Source: the human T2T-CHM13v2.0 reference genome, Homo sapiens. From it: DNA of 64,000 nucleotides. A model generated the notes under the pieces. It did not search any database. It was not told the DNA's origin and saw nothing but the letters and a program-made list of their open reading frames with translations. The translations under genes and the position numbers were made by a program. Numbering within the stretch: the first letter of the stretch is position 1; every line of letters begins with the position of its first letter. The stretch is taken from the NCBI RefSeq assembly GCF_009914755.1, contig NC_060929.1; one strand, 5' to 3'. Positions 13,610 through 26,729 of this stretch are shown in pieces.

Positions 13610-14629
13610 AAAGTAGAAATCTTGAGAAGTGCATTAAAGTGCTGCCCAAAATGCTACCCTTCCACTGAGCAGCAACTTGATCTTCCAGTAATGTAAGGTG
13701 GCAGCCCACAGCCCATGTCACACTCACTCCACTCATATTCAGCTGTGCATTCTATGAGGAGTGCTGTTCTAGTTTATGAGCAAGCTAAGAAAGTTGCTTC
13801 CATCATGCCTGGCTTACTTATTTTATCTTCACCTACTCTAGCTCCTTCCACCTTCCCCACACAAAACCCTGAAATAATGGGCAGGGTCAAATTAATAATA
13901 ACTAAACAAAAATATCAACTTGAACTCATTTTGCCACATAAAAGATATGCTACTTAATGTGTGACAGGCCTGAAATATGTAAGAGATTAAACAAAACAAT
14001 TTTAATATCAAAAATCTGAAAGAACAAACTACTCAGCTAGTAAGCCACACAGTAAAAATTTACTGCTGTAAATCCACATAAGAAGTTTCAGCTTAATGAA
14101 CATATTAAGATTACAATGGGCAGTTTTTCCGCAGTTTATAGAACAACCAGAAAAGCACTTCAAATATTTTCCTTCTCTTCTAAGATCTGTAGAATTTAAT
14201 TTACAACATCTTGAATTTCCAAATTAAAATCACCTTTAATGATAGAACTTCAGCCAGCCATAGAAACAAAGAATGTTACATTGTCTAGGTATAAGTAATT
14301 ACATTTATCAAAGCTATATCTATATTTAAATGGCAGATCTAAAAACAAACAGGGTTTCTGTAAGCCAGAAAGTAATTAGTCTCAGGTGCTTTCTGTTAAT
14401 AAACTAGGATAAACTTAGGGGCAGACTTGCAAAATAATTTTGCTTAATTGAAAAAATCAAGGGTTTAATGTTTACTCTCTTTTCCCAAAGGTGATGTGGA
14501 AAACTGTGTTCTCTACTAAAGAAGAGAATGTGATTTCATTTATCCTTCAAGCTTTGAAGTATCACTTTATTTTTCCAAATAACCAGGTGGATACTGAAAT
14601 AATGTAAATTAGGAAACTGATAAACCAGA

Positions 14630-15830
14630 GCTTTCAATCAACTATTAATTATTGACCATCTATTTTGTATATATGACTCTAGGAGCCAGGGTCCAACACA
14701 CTATTTACTAAACATGTATCTTGCCTCAGGATATTTCTAATCTAAACTAAAATATATGAAACAACATGTGTCAGTGGTATTTTGTGGGATACACCCTCTA
14801 TGTCTGATTAAATGGTGAGTAAGTGTAGTAATCATATTTATGGGGGACTACTGTCATAAGGAAATGAGAATGGAACTGGAACTTGGAAGATGCCTGGGAG
14901 ATTCAGAGGTGAAGAGGATAAAGAAGGATGCCAGGCAAGTCAACCATCAAGCCAATAACAGAGGGTTCAGACTGAGGAGTGTGATATGCTCAGTGATTTA
15001 AAAAAGTATTTTCTGATATAAGAGAAAGGTGTTCATAAAAGAACAGAGGAAAGTAGGTAGGACAAGTAGAGTAGGATCCGGTTAATAGAAGCCTTAAATC
15101 CAGGCTGAGGAGCCTAAACGTACCTTGATAAGAAATAGGGTATATGGAAGCTTTCAGAGTAGAAGACAGACCTCATCAAAGTGGTGGGTCAAGATCAGGT
15201 TGGCTCTGATTTTGCAAGAGAGAAATCCTCTAAATAATTTTATTATAGCATTATTATCTAGATGGAAGTAAAATTGGATTTAAATTTTTAATTAATGTTA
15301 ATTTTCTTTAACTACTTACTATTGCAAGTGTCAAAGAAACATATGAATAAAAGATAACTTCTGATATTCAATCCCAGGTAAGCATAACTGATGGAGAGAT
15401 GCAAGATGGAGAACATTATGAGTTCACATGCAAACACATTCACTTGGTGGTTACAGCAGGGAGCTCATGTTAAAATCTCAGGAAACATATATATATGTAT
15501 AGAACCAGAACTTAGATGAGAATTATCTGGAAATGGATATTTGAAACTCATCAGCATAGTTGGAAAGGAAGTATACAGAAAAAAAAAAACAGGACTGAGG
15601 TCCCAAAACTGGAACTCAGTAGTATCAGTGATTAAAGAAGAGGAGCCAGCTAAGGAAACAAAAAAGCACTAATCAGAGAAGCAGGAAGCCAAACAGGACA
15701 TTAGGACATTATTTCATGGAAGCCAATGGAGTAAGACAGTTCAGGAAGGGTGGAGTCACCAATTTTGGATGCTACAGAATCATCAAAGAGAATGAGAACA
15801 AAGAAAAGGGCCATGGGGTTTGCAATTATA
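14630..15830 (-). mobile_element. L2 fragments
   Basis: L2 3' end 'ttcaatcaactattaattattgaccatctat' followed by purine-rich L2 body motifs. Confidence 0.55.
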
Positions 15831-16639
15831 CACACACACACAAAAACATAAACATGTACGTCATTGGTGACCTAGAAAGAATACACATGGTGAAGTTTTT
15901 TAAACTGCATACTAAAAAGCACAAAATTTGATTTACACTAGCATTTAAAATGCTGTTTCTATTTCTCCCTGAAAGACAAAAAGCTAGTTTATCTGGCATT
16001 TGCAGTATTACTCAATACCTCAACACAACTGCAGCTCTATAAAAAGGGATTTATAACAAGAGGCCTAAGATATTTAAAGTGATTTTATATGATAAAAACG
16101 TTAGTGGAATATAGCACTATACACAATTACCTCGTATGTTATCAGTGTAGATGATATAAAGGGGTACCTAATGTAATGACAAATTCCACGTCATAAATCT
16201 TCAAGCTCACTCCCAACAAATAGTCAAAAGTAAGTATCAAAAATCTGCAAATGCCAAGATCAAGTATGCTGTTTTAGCTTTAATGTAACTCACTACATTA
16301 TCATTCATTTTGTCAAATATGCACTTCATATTAAAAAGGCTATATGATTCACCAAACATAGTACCCTAAAGAGTTAACTGTGGTTGGAAAAATGTGGAGA
16401 GTAAGTGAGAAATCTATGACTATTAACTTAATTACAGAATGGCTTTCACAGGCCTGTAATTTTTTCCTACTTTTTCTAACAAAGCTAAATTGCTTTATCT
16501 CCAACACCACAATAACATCATTAAAGTTAGAAATGAAATTAATAATATTCCAGGAAAATGGCTCTCTTGCCCATAATAATATTTTATCCTCTTTTGAGCA
16601 AGAAAATGTAGTCCTGTGACAAAAAGCACTATTTTGGCA

Positions 16640-16800
16640 GCAAACTTGGCTTCTCCCAGTAGCATTGCTATACCACCTCAGCTAAGTCCCTTAACTTCAG
16701 TCATTAATTTTCCTGTCTCTCAAATACAAATAATGATTCTAGCACTATTTACCTCATAGAGTTTTTATGAAAAAATGAGAAATTAATGTAAAAATATTAG
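16640..16800 (+). mobile_element. MIR
   Basis: Core 'aagtcccttaacttcagtcattaattttcctgtctctcaaatac...ttacctcatagagtttttatga'. Confidence 0.55.
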
Positions 16801-18189
16801 CCCTTATAGATTCAATCCATTTTTTCCAGGCTAAAAGTAATGATTACTTACAAATATTAAAATGTTAAGTGTTGGTTTTGTGAAAACAGGCAGCTCTGCT
16901 GCCAATTTTTGCACAATGGAAGCTTTAGACCAATTAATTATTAAAAGAATAATATAGGTTTGATTTTTTTGTAGCAGAAAATGCATGGTCATTGCATTCT
17001 AATTTACTCTTGTCACATGAATTGTAGCATCTAGAAGGCTGAAAGAAAATATACCATTTTTTCCCTGTTTTAGGCTTGATCATCTTTATAGCAAGCTTAT
17101 CTTCTGAATTTTCTTTCTTTCCATAACTGCATTAGAATGTTTATGTTAGCTGTCAGAGGGGGAGTAAACCCTAAAGCCATAAGCAGTCTGGCTAGCTCAA
17201 GGGAACGATGGCAGAGCTCCCATTAGAGGGTTCTTATTGTTGGCGAGAGTAACTGTTCACAATCATACTTTAAGACTCCCTGTAACTAAAGGGTTTGTTT
17301 TGTATTTGTATGCACTCTAAGCATCCTCCTTACATGAAACATTACTCATCAATGCATATGGTCCATTAACATTTGACCGCTGTCCACATGGCAAATGCTG
17401 TATACTCCCTAGGAGCAGGCAAGGGGTTACACAAAGGCTGTAGTGAGTTCTAGGGTCAATAGATCTTCCTAACTGACTTAATTAGGTACTAATTAACCAT
17501 TAAGAATAAAAGTCTCATTCTGATCAACATTTACTAAACAATTAGTTAAGTCAGTTTGATTTTTGCATTAAGCAACTACTGCTGTGTTATCCCCCTCACC
17601 TTTTTAAATAATCCTGGGATGTTTCAGAGAATTACTCAATTATTTTCATTCTTCCTGGGTATTCTCCCCTCAAGAGTCCTTCAAAATGTTCATGCAGTTA
17701 TCACCATATATATTAATTGCATGCATTTAAATATTATGGGTTATAACATATTATGCTTTACTTATGCCCTAAATCAGGTCAAACTTTTTTTCAAATGTTT
17801 AGTTGACCTCTACCAACTCCTCATTCCTTTTTCAATCAATGTTTCATCCATTCCAAGCAGTTATTAGAGATAGCAATTGCTAAAAACCTAAGCAGAAACC
17901 TCAAATCCACTGCTGTTCTGTTTTAATTTTCAAAATCTGGAAGCATCTAAGGTATTTTATTATTGCCACATATCATTAAATCTACAGATGTATTTCAAGA
18001 AAATATTATTTTAAAATTCCAAACATAACTACTTAACAATCATTGAATCTTCTGTTAGCCTATTGTTTATAATCTATATCAGGTTTTGATTAGTAAGGTA
18101 TCTAAATAAATTTGGAAACAAGCTTTTATTCGCTTATATAGAACTGAGCACAGAATTGCTGTTTAGTTATAATTTTAATTTAAATACCC

Positions 18190-19479
18190 TTATATTCATT
18201 TTCTGCTACTCTGTAACAAATTACCATAAAACAACACCCATTTATTATCTGAGAGTTCTGTAAGCTAAAAATCTGGCCCCAGCTCAACTGGGTTCTCTGC
18301 TCAAGGTCTTATAAAGCCGAAATCAATGGATGAGCTATGTTCTCACTTAGAATCTTGATGAGGGAATAATCCATTTCCATTTCCTTTCAAGGTGTTGGCA
18401 GAATCCAGCTACTTGTGGATGTAGGACTCGGGTCCCAGTTTTCTTGCTGGCTATTGACTAGAGTTGCTCTCATCTCCTATGGGCCACCTTTATGTCCAAA
18501 ATAGCTCTCTTCACAACACGGCAAATTGCTTCTTGAAAGCGGAAGACAGTGAGAAATAAAAATGCAGTTCTAAGCTCCCCAACCAACTCAACAGATCCCT
18601 TCTTGGCAAAGAACTCCTGAAAAAACTTAAAATCTGAGTTCCTGGTCCTGACAGGATGGAAGGTGGAACAGGCCTCCTTATACCTCCTCCCTTACTAACT
18701 GCCATTCACAGCTGATTTCGCCCAACAATCTGACTGCTGCCCCTCTTTTTTGTGGTTTGGACACAGCCACTGACCAGCATTCCTTCCTGATAAAAACCAC
18801 TGACCAGGGAGTGGCTCTGTTCAGTCTATGAAAGCTGCACACAGAGGGCCTTCTGGGCCTCTGCTCTACCATTTGATGTATAGAGCCTGATTGCAATACA
18901 TTTAAATGTTAAATCTCTACCCAAAGTGAACATGGGGCGCATGTTGCATACATGTTAGCCTACTACGCATGTGTGCACCTCCTCTTCATGAATATTCAGA
19001 GATCCTCCTATAATCTGTTGAATATGTATGTTAGCCAACCCATTCAGCATAAATTCCTGTCTCATTCTTCCCTCCCTCAAAGTGCTCCTCTCTGCTTTTG
19101 CCAGAGGCTGTGCTTCCTAGCCTGGGAGAGAGCCAGACTGCAGGCTACAACCCTTTATGAGAAATAGTACTCTTTTTTCTAAATTTATGAACCACCTCAT
19201 TCTTCAGCTGACAAAAGTATCTGCAGCTGCTACTTCAAGTCTTTCAAAAAAAGCTCACTTGATCAGGTGAAGCCTACCCAGGGTAATCTTTCTTCTGATT
19301 ATATTAACATTACCTGATTACATTTGCATATCCTTTCACCTTTAACGAACATAATGTAATCACGGGAATAATATTTGCCAAATTCATGTGTTTTGTCCAG
19401 AGTCAAGTGGAGGAGATAACTCAAGGGCATGGGTGATATAGGGCAGGAATCACATGGCCATCTTAGAATTCTAATATAC
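18190..19479 (-). mobile_element. MLT1 (MLT1E/F-like) MaLR LTR, split by MER39
   Basis: 'ctgtaacaaattaccataaa...ggtgttggcagaatccagctacttgtggatgtaggact' on the left and 'ggcaggaatcacatggccatcttagaattct' on the right. Confidence 0.7.
18550..19213 (+). mobile_element. MER39-family ERV1 solo LTR
   Basis: TGAGAAATAAAAAT...ctaagctccccaaccaactcaacaga start and ...cttcagctGACA end; flanks acag/aaag (4-bp TSD, 1 mismatch). Confidence 0.8.
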
Positions 19480-19899
19480 TCTAATTTTAAAAAAATTAAT
19501 AATTAAGACAATGCTGATATTGTTGTTGATGTTACTGTTTTTATTTTACTGGCATCTACTTGAAAAATGACCTCAACTCTTTAGGGAATTGCAAGAAATA
19601 TAACGGGAAACTTTTGCTGAAAACATCTAACAGTCATGATGGTAAGCCATATTTATGAAGATTGCCTGATTCCTCTTGATATTCTAAACATTATCTTGAA
19701 ACAAGATTGTTTGGGAGTTGAGACACATGCAGCACATTGCTTGGTCCCTCAAAGTTTTGAATTTATTATTTTTCACTTTCCTATTACCTCTCAGTCTACA
19801 TTGCTTAGAATAAACACCCCTGAGAATGGCATCATAATGTTTGTGATATGGTTGATGCTCACTATATAATATGGTAACATCTTTATGAAAGAGATTTGC

Positions 19900-20196
19900 A
19901 CCAGGCACAGTGGTGCATGCCTGTGGCCCTAGCTACTTGGGAGACTGAGGCAGGAGAATCGCTTAAGCCCAGGAGTTCTGGGCCATAGTGCCCTATGCCA
20001 ATTGGATGTCCACACTAAGTTCAGCATCAATATGATAACCTCCTGGGAGTAGGGGACCACTGGTTGCCTAAGGAGGGGTGAACTGGCCCAGGTCAGAAAT
20101 GGAGCAAGTCAAAACTCCCATTCTGATCAGTAGTAGGATCACACCTGTGAATAGCTACTGCACTCTAGTCTGGGCAACATAGTAAGACTCTGTCTT
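19900..20196 (+). pseudogene. Full-length 7SL (SRP RNA) processed pseudogene
   Basis: Colinear with 7SL including the S domain (ctaagttcagcatcaatatgataacctcc...gcctaaggaggggtgaactggcccaggtcagaaatggagcaagtcaaaactccc); many CpG transitions; purine tail. Confidence 0.95.
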
Positions 20197-20473
20197 GAAA
20201 GAAACAAAGAAAGGGAGAGAGAGAGAAACAAAGAGAGAAAGGAAAGGAAGAAAGGAAGAAAAAAGAAGAAAGGAAAGAAAGAAAAAAGGAAAGGAAAGAA
20301 AGAAAAGAAAAAGAAAGAAAGAAGAAGAAAAAGGAGAAGGAGGAGGAGAGGAAAAAGGGAAGGAAGGAAGCAAGAAGGAAGGAAGGAAGGAAGGAAGGAA
20401 GGAAGGAAGGAAGGAAAGAAGGAAGGAAGGAAGGAAGGAAGGAAGGAAGGAAAGAAGGGAGAAAAGGAAGAAA
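20197..20473 (+). repeat. Polypurine tract with (GGAA)10 and (GGAA)8
   Basis: ~275 bp almost pure A/G; GGAA runs at 20377-20416 and 20421-20452. Confidence 0.95.
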
Positions 20474-20482
20474 TATTTGCCT

Positions 20483-20544
20483 TAGGTTTCAGTAGAAGGA
20501 ATAAGTGTATGTCTAGGTTTCAGTAGAAGGAATAAGTGTATGTC
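20483..20544. repeat. Perfect 31-bp tandem duplication
   Basis: TAGGTTTCAGTAGAAGGAATAAGTGTATGTC x2. Confidence 0.95.
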
Positions 20545-21614
20545 TTCTGGAAAATTAATTTGTATTATATGAATGTTGACTCATATAACAGATCAAGATT
20601 CCAGTTTTGTCTTAGCTACCAGGAAGCATAAAAGTAAATTTATAACATACACCTAGGAAATACGAAGACATTTTGGGTACAATCTTTATTCTAATTTTAA
20701 TTTATTTTCTTACCTGTGTTTTCTTTTTCCTTTGAACTTCTCTGCTTATTTTTTTAATCTCATGGTTCAACAGGTATCTTTACAAATTCCCTTAATTTTT
20801 TTCTGAAATAATCAATTAATATTTATCAAGCATTGTAAATTGAGCAATTTTAAGCACTGCCGCAGTGCTTAAACACTAAAACACACCTTTTAATTTATCC
20901 TTGAAAAAAGAGATTAACTAATGGGTTTGTGAAATAATTAAGAATGCACATAAAAGAAAATTAGAAACGTGTTAAAAGTAACATAGAAATTAGCATGTGT
21001 ATTAACCATTATAGCATACAACAGTATAACACTTTATAGTATAAATGCTCCTTTTGAATAAACCAAATGCCATCAGGCCTTACTTGTAGTACAGATGAAA
21101 TCATATGAATTCTAACAAGCACAAATTCCTCATCTTGCTTCTATCTGCTCATGTAATTTCCTAATTCTATTGACAATGTCCACTCCAACTATTTTGAGGA
21201 GTTCCCCAAAGGTTGCCTCACCTTCAACCTAGTCTGTTAGCCACAGTCACCATTTGAAACATGTTTTTGTGATCTTCTATTTCTGATCTGGCTCCTATTT
21301 TTCAACTCTTGTGGGTTACATAGTATCTTAAGGTGTTTCTTGTGATGCTTGGGATATCCAGACAAGCAATGATTTCTTCTAGTCCTCCTAATCTGCCTTT
21401 TTAAATATGATCAAATTGGTTCTGAGGTCATGAAAAGAAATGAAAATTACTCTTTCTAAAACCCTGGGCCATGCTTTCTCACCTGGACAACAAACCAGCA
21501 CAGCTTTTACTTAGGGTTTACAATCTTAAATTTTCTACTCTACCTTCTGGCCCTCTCTCTCTAAATATTATGGCTAAAATCCTTTTGATAAGATTATGTG
21601 GAGGATTATTCTTA

Positions 21615-21880
<266 letters not shown>

Positions 21881-21899
21881 TATGTATAATCTACTATCA

Positions 21900-22330
21900 T
21901 CATTATCTTCATTATTGAGGGTGCACTAAATGGTAAACACACCAAAAACAGTGATTTACAGAAATAGTGAATGCACAGGGAATTAAAAACTTACCCACAT
22001 TCATTCTGCTAGTAAGTGGAGAGAGGAGCTGAAACTCAAACCTAGGTAGTCAAACTCCACAGCCCACATTCTTCTTCTGATAGACTATATCAATTTTTTA
22101 ATGTAAGTCAGTAGGTGCAAGTGGGGTGGTGTACTCAACCCTTAGTTCCTCTTCAGCCTTTCTAAATATCCAGTTAAATTCACAATCTCTGGGCAGTGAT
22201 AACCCCATAAATCATCCTTTTTTAATGAAAAAGAAAATAAGATTCAGAGAAACAAAATGATTTTTCTAAGGTTTAATGCTTAATACCTGGTAAAGGTAGG
22301 ATGCATTGCCCTATTGGACCAGAACCTTGA
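21900..22330 (-). mobile_element. Two MIR fragments
   Basis: 'aattaaaaacttacccacattcattctgctagtaagtgga...aaactcaaacctaggtagtcaaactcc' and 'tttaatgaaaaagaaaataagattcagaga'. Confidence 0.55.
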
Positions 22331-22762
22331 AGTCAGATACTCATCTTCACATCTCCCACACTTGCGAAAGTAGCAGCATTTAGAATGCCCTCAAAAGAAT
22401 GTTGGTTGGATTAACGAGTGAGTAGTGAATAAAATTAAGAACATCTGATTCTTAATTCAATGCTGTTTCTTTATACCCCAGTGGACCCCACGATGGCAGT
22501 GGTCCAAAAGAGAAGTGTCTCTAGTTAAAGTAGTACTCATCTAGAAAAATATGTTTTTGATTCAGGTTTTGAAATCAATGAAGAGTGTATTTTTAAAGTG
22601 GAAAATAAATAAATCTTATATGGGTGCAATGGCATGTAAGAAGGTGTGTGGGAAACGTGTATCTGTAAGCGATGTTAAACGTATTTGATTGGCTAAGATC
22701 TCGATTGGGTTTAAGTGAGGAAGAACCAGTTGAAGGAAGCCCAGTTTTTTCTAGTTCTGCTT

Positions 22763-22766
22763 GCAT

Positions 22767-22805
<39 letters not shown>

Positions 22806-22933
22806 TTTGTATTTTTAGTAGAGACGGGGTTTCACTATGTTAGCCAGGCTGGTCTCAAATGCCTGACCTCGTGATCCACCTGCCTCGGCCTCCCGAAGTG
22901 TTGGGATTAAGACATGAGCCACCGCATCCGGCC
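22763..22933 (-). mobile_element. Alu left monomer only (AluSc/Sg/Y-type) with (TAAA)n tail
   Basis: Left arm plus linker running straight into TAAA repeats; perfect 13-bp TSD TCTAGTTCTGCTT at 22750-22762 and 22934-22946. Confidence 0.9.
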
Positions 22934-23424
22934 TCTAGTTCTGCTTTTAAACATTAAAATGTGTTGGGAAATTCTGAAGACAATATTATTTTTATTAAGT
23001 ACTTTTAAAAATATGTGCATAAAACATCATGAAACTAAACAAAGAACAATGACATGTTAAAGTCATGCAGATATTTCAGTAGAGAGTCACTGTGTGTTTC
23101 TAAGTAGGAAAGGCGCGTGATTTAAAAACATAAAAAATAAAAGCCAAACCTCTGTTTTATGTGTGTAAGGAAGGGCTTAGATTTTATTTAAGGGGATTAG
23201 CAGTCTACCACTGTTGATTTCACCTTATAAAAGTAATTGTTCATAATCTTATGAGAAATATTTAGTTTAGAGTCGCACACAGTTTCAAATCTATCAGCCG
23301 ATTAATCTTTTCAACAGTACCAGTTTTTCAGAGTTCTTTTCCACCAAAAATACTACTAGAGTGCTGTAAGCCTCCTCTTTCTTCCAGCATATACTCAATA
23401 TGAAGTATTTTAATAATATAGCAT

Positions 23425-23810
23425 GTGATCCGTTGTTACTCTCAGTTCCAAGCAAAAGAAACCAGCACTGGACCTATTAAGCAGAAAATGACTTGTGATC
23501 AAAGCATTGGATAGTTCATAGGCTCTCCAGGATGACCAAAGAGAGGACACACAGCCAGAAAAAAATCCCAAAATAATGCTGTGTAATTAATCAAAGAGAA
23601 AACTCCTCTGCTGTTGCTGCCAGTGTGACTAGGAGTCAGCTTTACCCAAAACAGTGACATCACATACTTGACCCTGAATAATGCTGCGTGTTTACTGTTG
23701 CCTGTGGAGATGGGACAGAATTGCCATCATCATATCTGCTCTTATCTTTGGGTGTCATTAACTTCAGATTCAAATCTGTGGTGTCTTTGGCAGAGGCTAG
23801 AACGTGTCTT
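23425..23810 (-). mobile_element. Ancient ERVL/MaLR-type LTR (MLT1-like)
   Basis: 'tctcagttccaagcaaaagaaaccagcactgg...ttaagcagaaaa' resembles old MLT1 LTR ends. Confidence 0.4.
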
Positions 23811-24819
23811 CCCTAGGGAGTCTCCACTGCAATTCCCTTATCAGAGCTTACTTCTGGCTCCATGTGCATCCTGCAAACATTTCATGAACCACCAGCTCCA
23901 CTGGATCTTAAGGGCCACATGACAGAGTTTCCTTCCTTTGGGCCTTACTCAAAGTGTCTAGCCTTTTGGGTCACACAGAAAACAGATTTGTTTGTTGCCC
24001 CTAAATTCAAACTCACTCATCAAATATTATATCCCTACCTAGTGCTGGGGAATGCAAAGTGCAGCTATTGCTCTGCCATTTTGCAGAGACTATCTTGATC
24101 ATCTTAAAAATCCCTGGGTCTTCACAAAGCACACTTAACTAAAGTGACAGAATTCTGTATTTTCCTGCATTTATCTACTGTCTTCTGGCAAATACTAACA
24201 AGCTTATACTTTCCTGGTACTATCAATGTCATTTTGTGAAGATAGTGGGCCCACATGATATTTTGAGAGATAGTGAAAAGATCAAGTCCTCTGCAAACTA
24301 TATAGTAGTGTATATAATCAGATACAGCATATCTCTTTGGCAAGATATTGAAGGTATTCTTTCTATGCCAGATAAAAACTATATGAGTGTGTGTGTGTAA
24401 ATATAGACATAGATATAAAATTTCCGTATTATACATGTTGCTAGAATTATGTTGATATGACCCAGGATAGGAATCACATCTGGAACTGCAGCCACAGTTG
24501 GAATTACTTATTACTAAAACTAAAGGACAATTCAACTGTTATTTTCTGTACCAGACAAGTAGATGAGTTTAATGTGGACACAATGGCAGTCACCAATGCC
24601 TAAACCTTTAGGTTTTCAATAGCAGGTTCAATTTCTACTATTTTATCTGAGCTTCTGTATTGCTTTTGTTTTACTGTTTGGGTATGGAATGGGAGAGGTT
24701 CAGGGTTTTTCATTAGCATTTTCTATTATAATAATTCTTATTGTATGAGTACAGATGGAAAGTCTGCCAGTTGCTTACAATATTAACACCATTTGAAAAG
24801 TGGAGAATAAAAACTAGGT

Positions 24820-25600
24820 TAGGTTGGGGGTTTTGCTGAGCCTAATATAAGATAAACATGGGTGAGATTTTCATTTATCTCCTGACTCCCCTGAGTCCCT
24901 TTATGGCAGATACAGTGATAAGTCTTTCCAGGATCCAGCTTGGACCCAGTGTCTAAAAGTCTCTGAAAGTTAGAAATCATTGCCTTTCCCAAATACATTA
25001 CTATTCTGATAAATAGACACAGTTCTCTTAGGGAAAGCATTAAGAGGGAGGGCCACAGTACACAGTGATGATACTATTAGAGTTCAAACTCAGATTATGT
25101 ATTCTTCTCTTGGTTCAAGGACCACTAGATATTTGAACTGACCTAGGTCTAGAAATTGAGCAAGGAAATATAAATTTTGGTTGCTTGACTAAGCCCTCCA
25201 CTTACTACATCTAGAATTTATTCATTTCTATGTTCACATCAGGGATCCTATGATCAATATACCCACCATTAAATATCCTCATAGGTCCTATCATTCTGAT
25301 CTCTTTGCTGGTCTTGCTGCTTATTGTAGTTTCCATGACCCTAGTCGTCTAGCAGTTATCTGCCATTCCTTATGTTCTGGCACCCTGGGATCTAGTATAA
25401 TGCTGAAATAAGGGAGGCCTGTTTAGCTGTATTATCAGGTACAGACATCTCTTTTCTTCAGGGTACACCCCATGTGGCACGTTTTGGAGATGCTGGGACT
25501 CACCTCACTGCGGTATTTCTCAATGCCTGAGATGACATATACTGGGCACTCTAGAGAATATAATAGGGATAGTTGCACAGCCCAATGTGTTAAATCCTCT
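24820..25600 (-). mobile_element. ERVL internal gag-pro remnant
   Basis: ORF 24819-25040 contains ...LGKAMISNFQRLLDTGSKL..., like ERVL protease (WGKGNxQTFxGLLDTGSEL); upstream 'ttgagaaataccgcagtgagg...ccagcatctcc' resembles ERVL gag. Confidence 0.7.
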
Positions 25601-25970
25601 TCAGGATTTTTTTCTTCTACATTATACCAAAAAATTTGAGTTCAAGGTAAAGTTAATCAAACTGAAAAAAAGAAAGAAAGAAAAACTACATCAAATTGCT
25701 CAAGCTACCTCAGTGGCACAATAAACCAAGCACCAATTTGGTAAGACAGTGAGAGAGAATGAGATGTAAATACACAAACCTTATGGAAAAAAGTAAATTA
25801 CTAAATTAGTCATATTGAAGCAAGTTTCTTTCCAGATTTAATTATTTCAAAATAACCTGTCTGATAAGTGAACCATTGTTCCTTTCATGGTATCATTGAC
25901 TTTTTGTTTCATAGGTAATTTATATGATGTCAGAATATTTTAAAAGTTAAAAGCATTTTCAAATTCCTAC

Positions 25971-25973
<3 letters not shown>

Positions 25974-26005
<32 letters not shown>

Positions 26006-26048
26006 GAAAGAGAGAGAGAGGAGAGTGTGTGTGTATGTGTGTGTGTAT
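25974..26048. repeat. Compound (TG)n/(GA)n microsatellite
   Basis: Direct reading. Confidence 0.9.
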
Positions 26049-26440
26049 TCGTCTTTAGGAACTCAAAATGCACATGTACGTAAAGCAAATTGTTTAAAAA
26101 TAATTGAAACTTGTTTTGTTGCAACACTTCAGCCTGATAGGAAATAAAGTTAGACAGGGCACTTGGAGTGAAAGACCTGACATGAGAAGAATAAGACTGT
26201 AGTTTATTTTAATTCTAAAGTTTCGTGATGTGAAACTTTCTTTTCTTTTTTGTTAAATTAGTGTTATCTACTAACAGTTATATCATTTTTCACATTCTTT
26301 TCTTGTGAATTTATTATCTCATGCAGATAATCTTACATATATGTATATGCATGTATGTATACATGTATATATGTTTATATATGTATAGAAATTCATTGAT
26401 TTATGAGAATCCAGTAACATTTCCATAAAAATTTTGTCTA

Positions 26441-26729
26441 AGCTGAGCATGGTGGCTCACACCTGTAATCCCAGCACTTTAGGAGCCCAAGCCAGAAGGA
26501 TCGCTTAAGCCCAGGAGTTTGGCTTGGGCAACATGGTGAGACCCTGCCTCTAAAAAAATTAAAAAATAAAAATTAGCCAGGCACGGTAGCACTCGGAGGC
26601 TGAAGTGGGAAAATCACTTGAGCCCAGGTGTTCAAGACTGCAGTCAGCTGTGATTGCACCACTGCACCCCCGCCTGGGTGCTGGGTGACAGAGCAAGACC
26701 CTGTCTCCAAAAACAAAAAAACAAAAAAC
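26441..26729 (+). mobile_element. AluJ with internal deletions
   Basis: 'aggatcgcttaagcccaggagttt' and 'gagcaagaccctgtctc' are J diagnostics; both arms carry small deletions. Confidence 0.85.

Noticed and set aside
14470-14590. Polypyrimidine-AAG|G acceptor-like site suggesting an exon
   Set aside because: No convincing donor or coding frame; such motifs are common by chance
19900-20196. Functional 7SL gene
   Set aside because: Heavy CpG decay, substitutions in the S domain, and a retroposed tail instead of a T-run terminator
20155-20485. K/E/R-rich and F/S/L-rich ORFs
   Set aside because: Translation of the polypurine microsatellite on each strand
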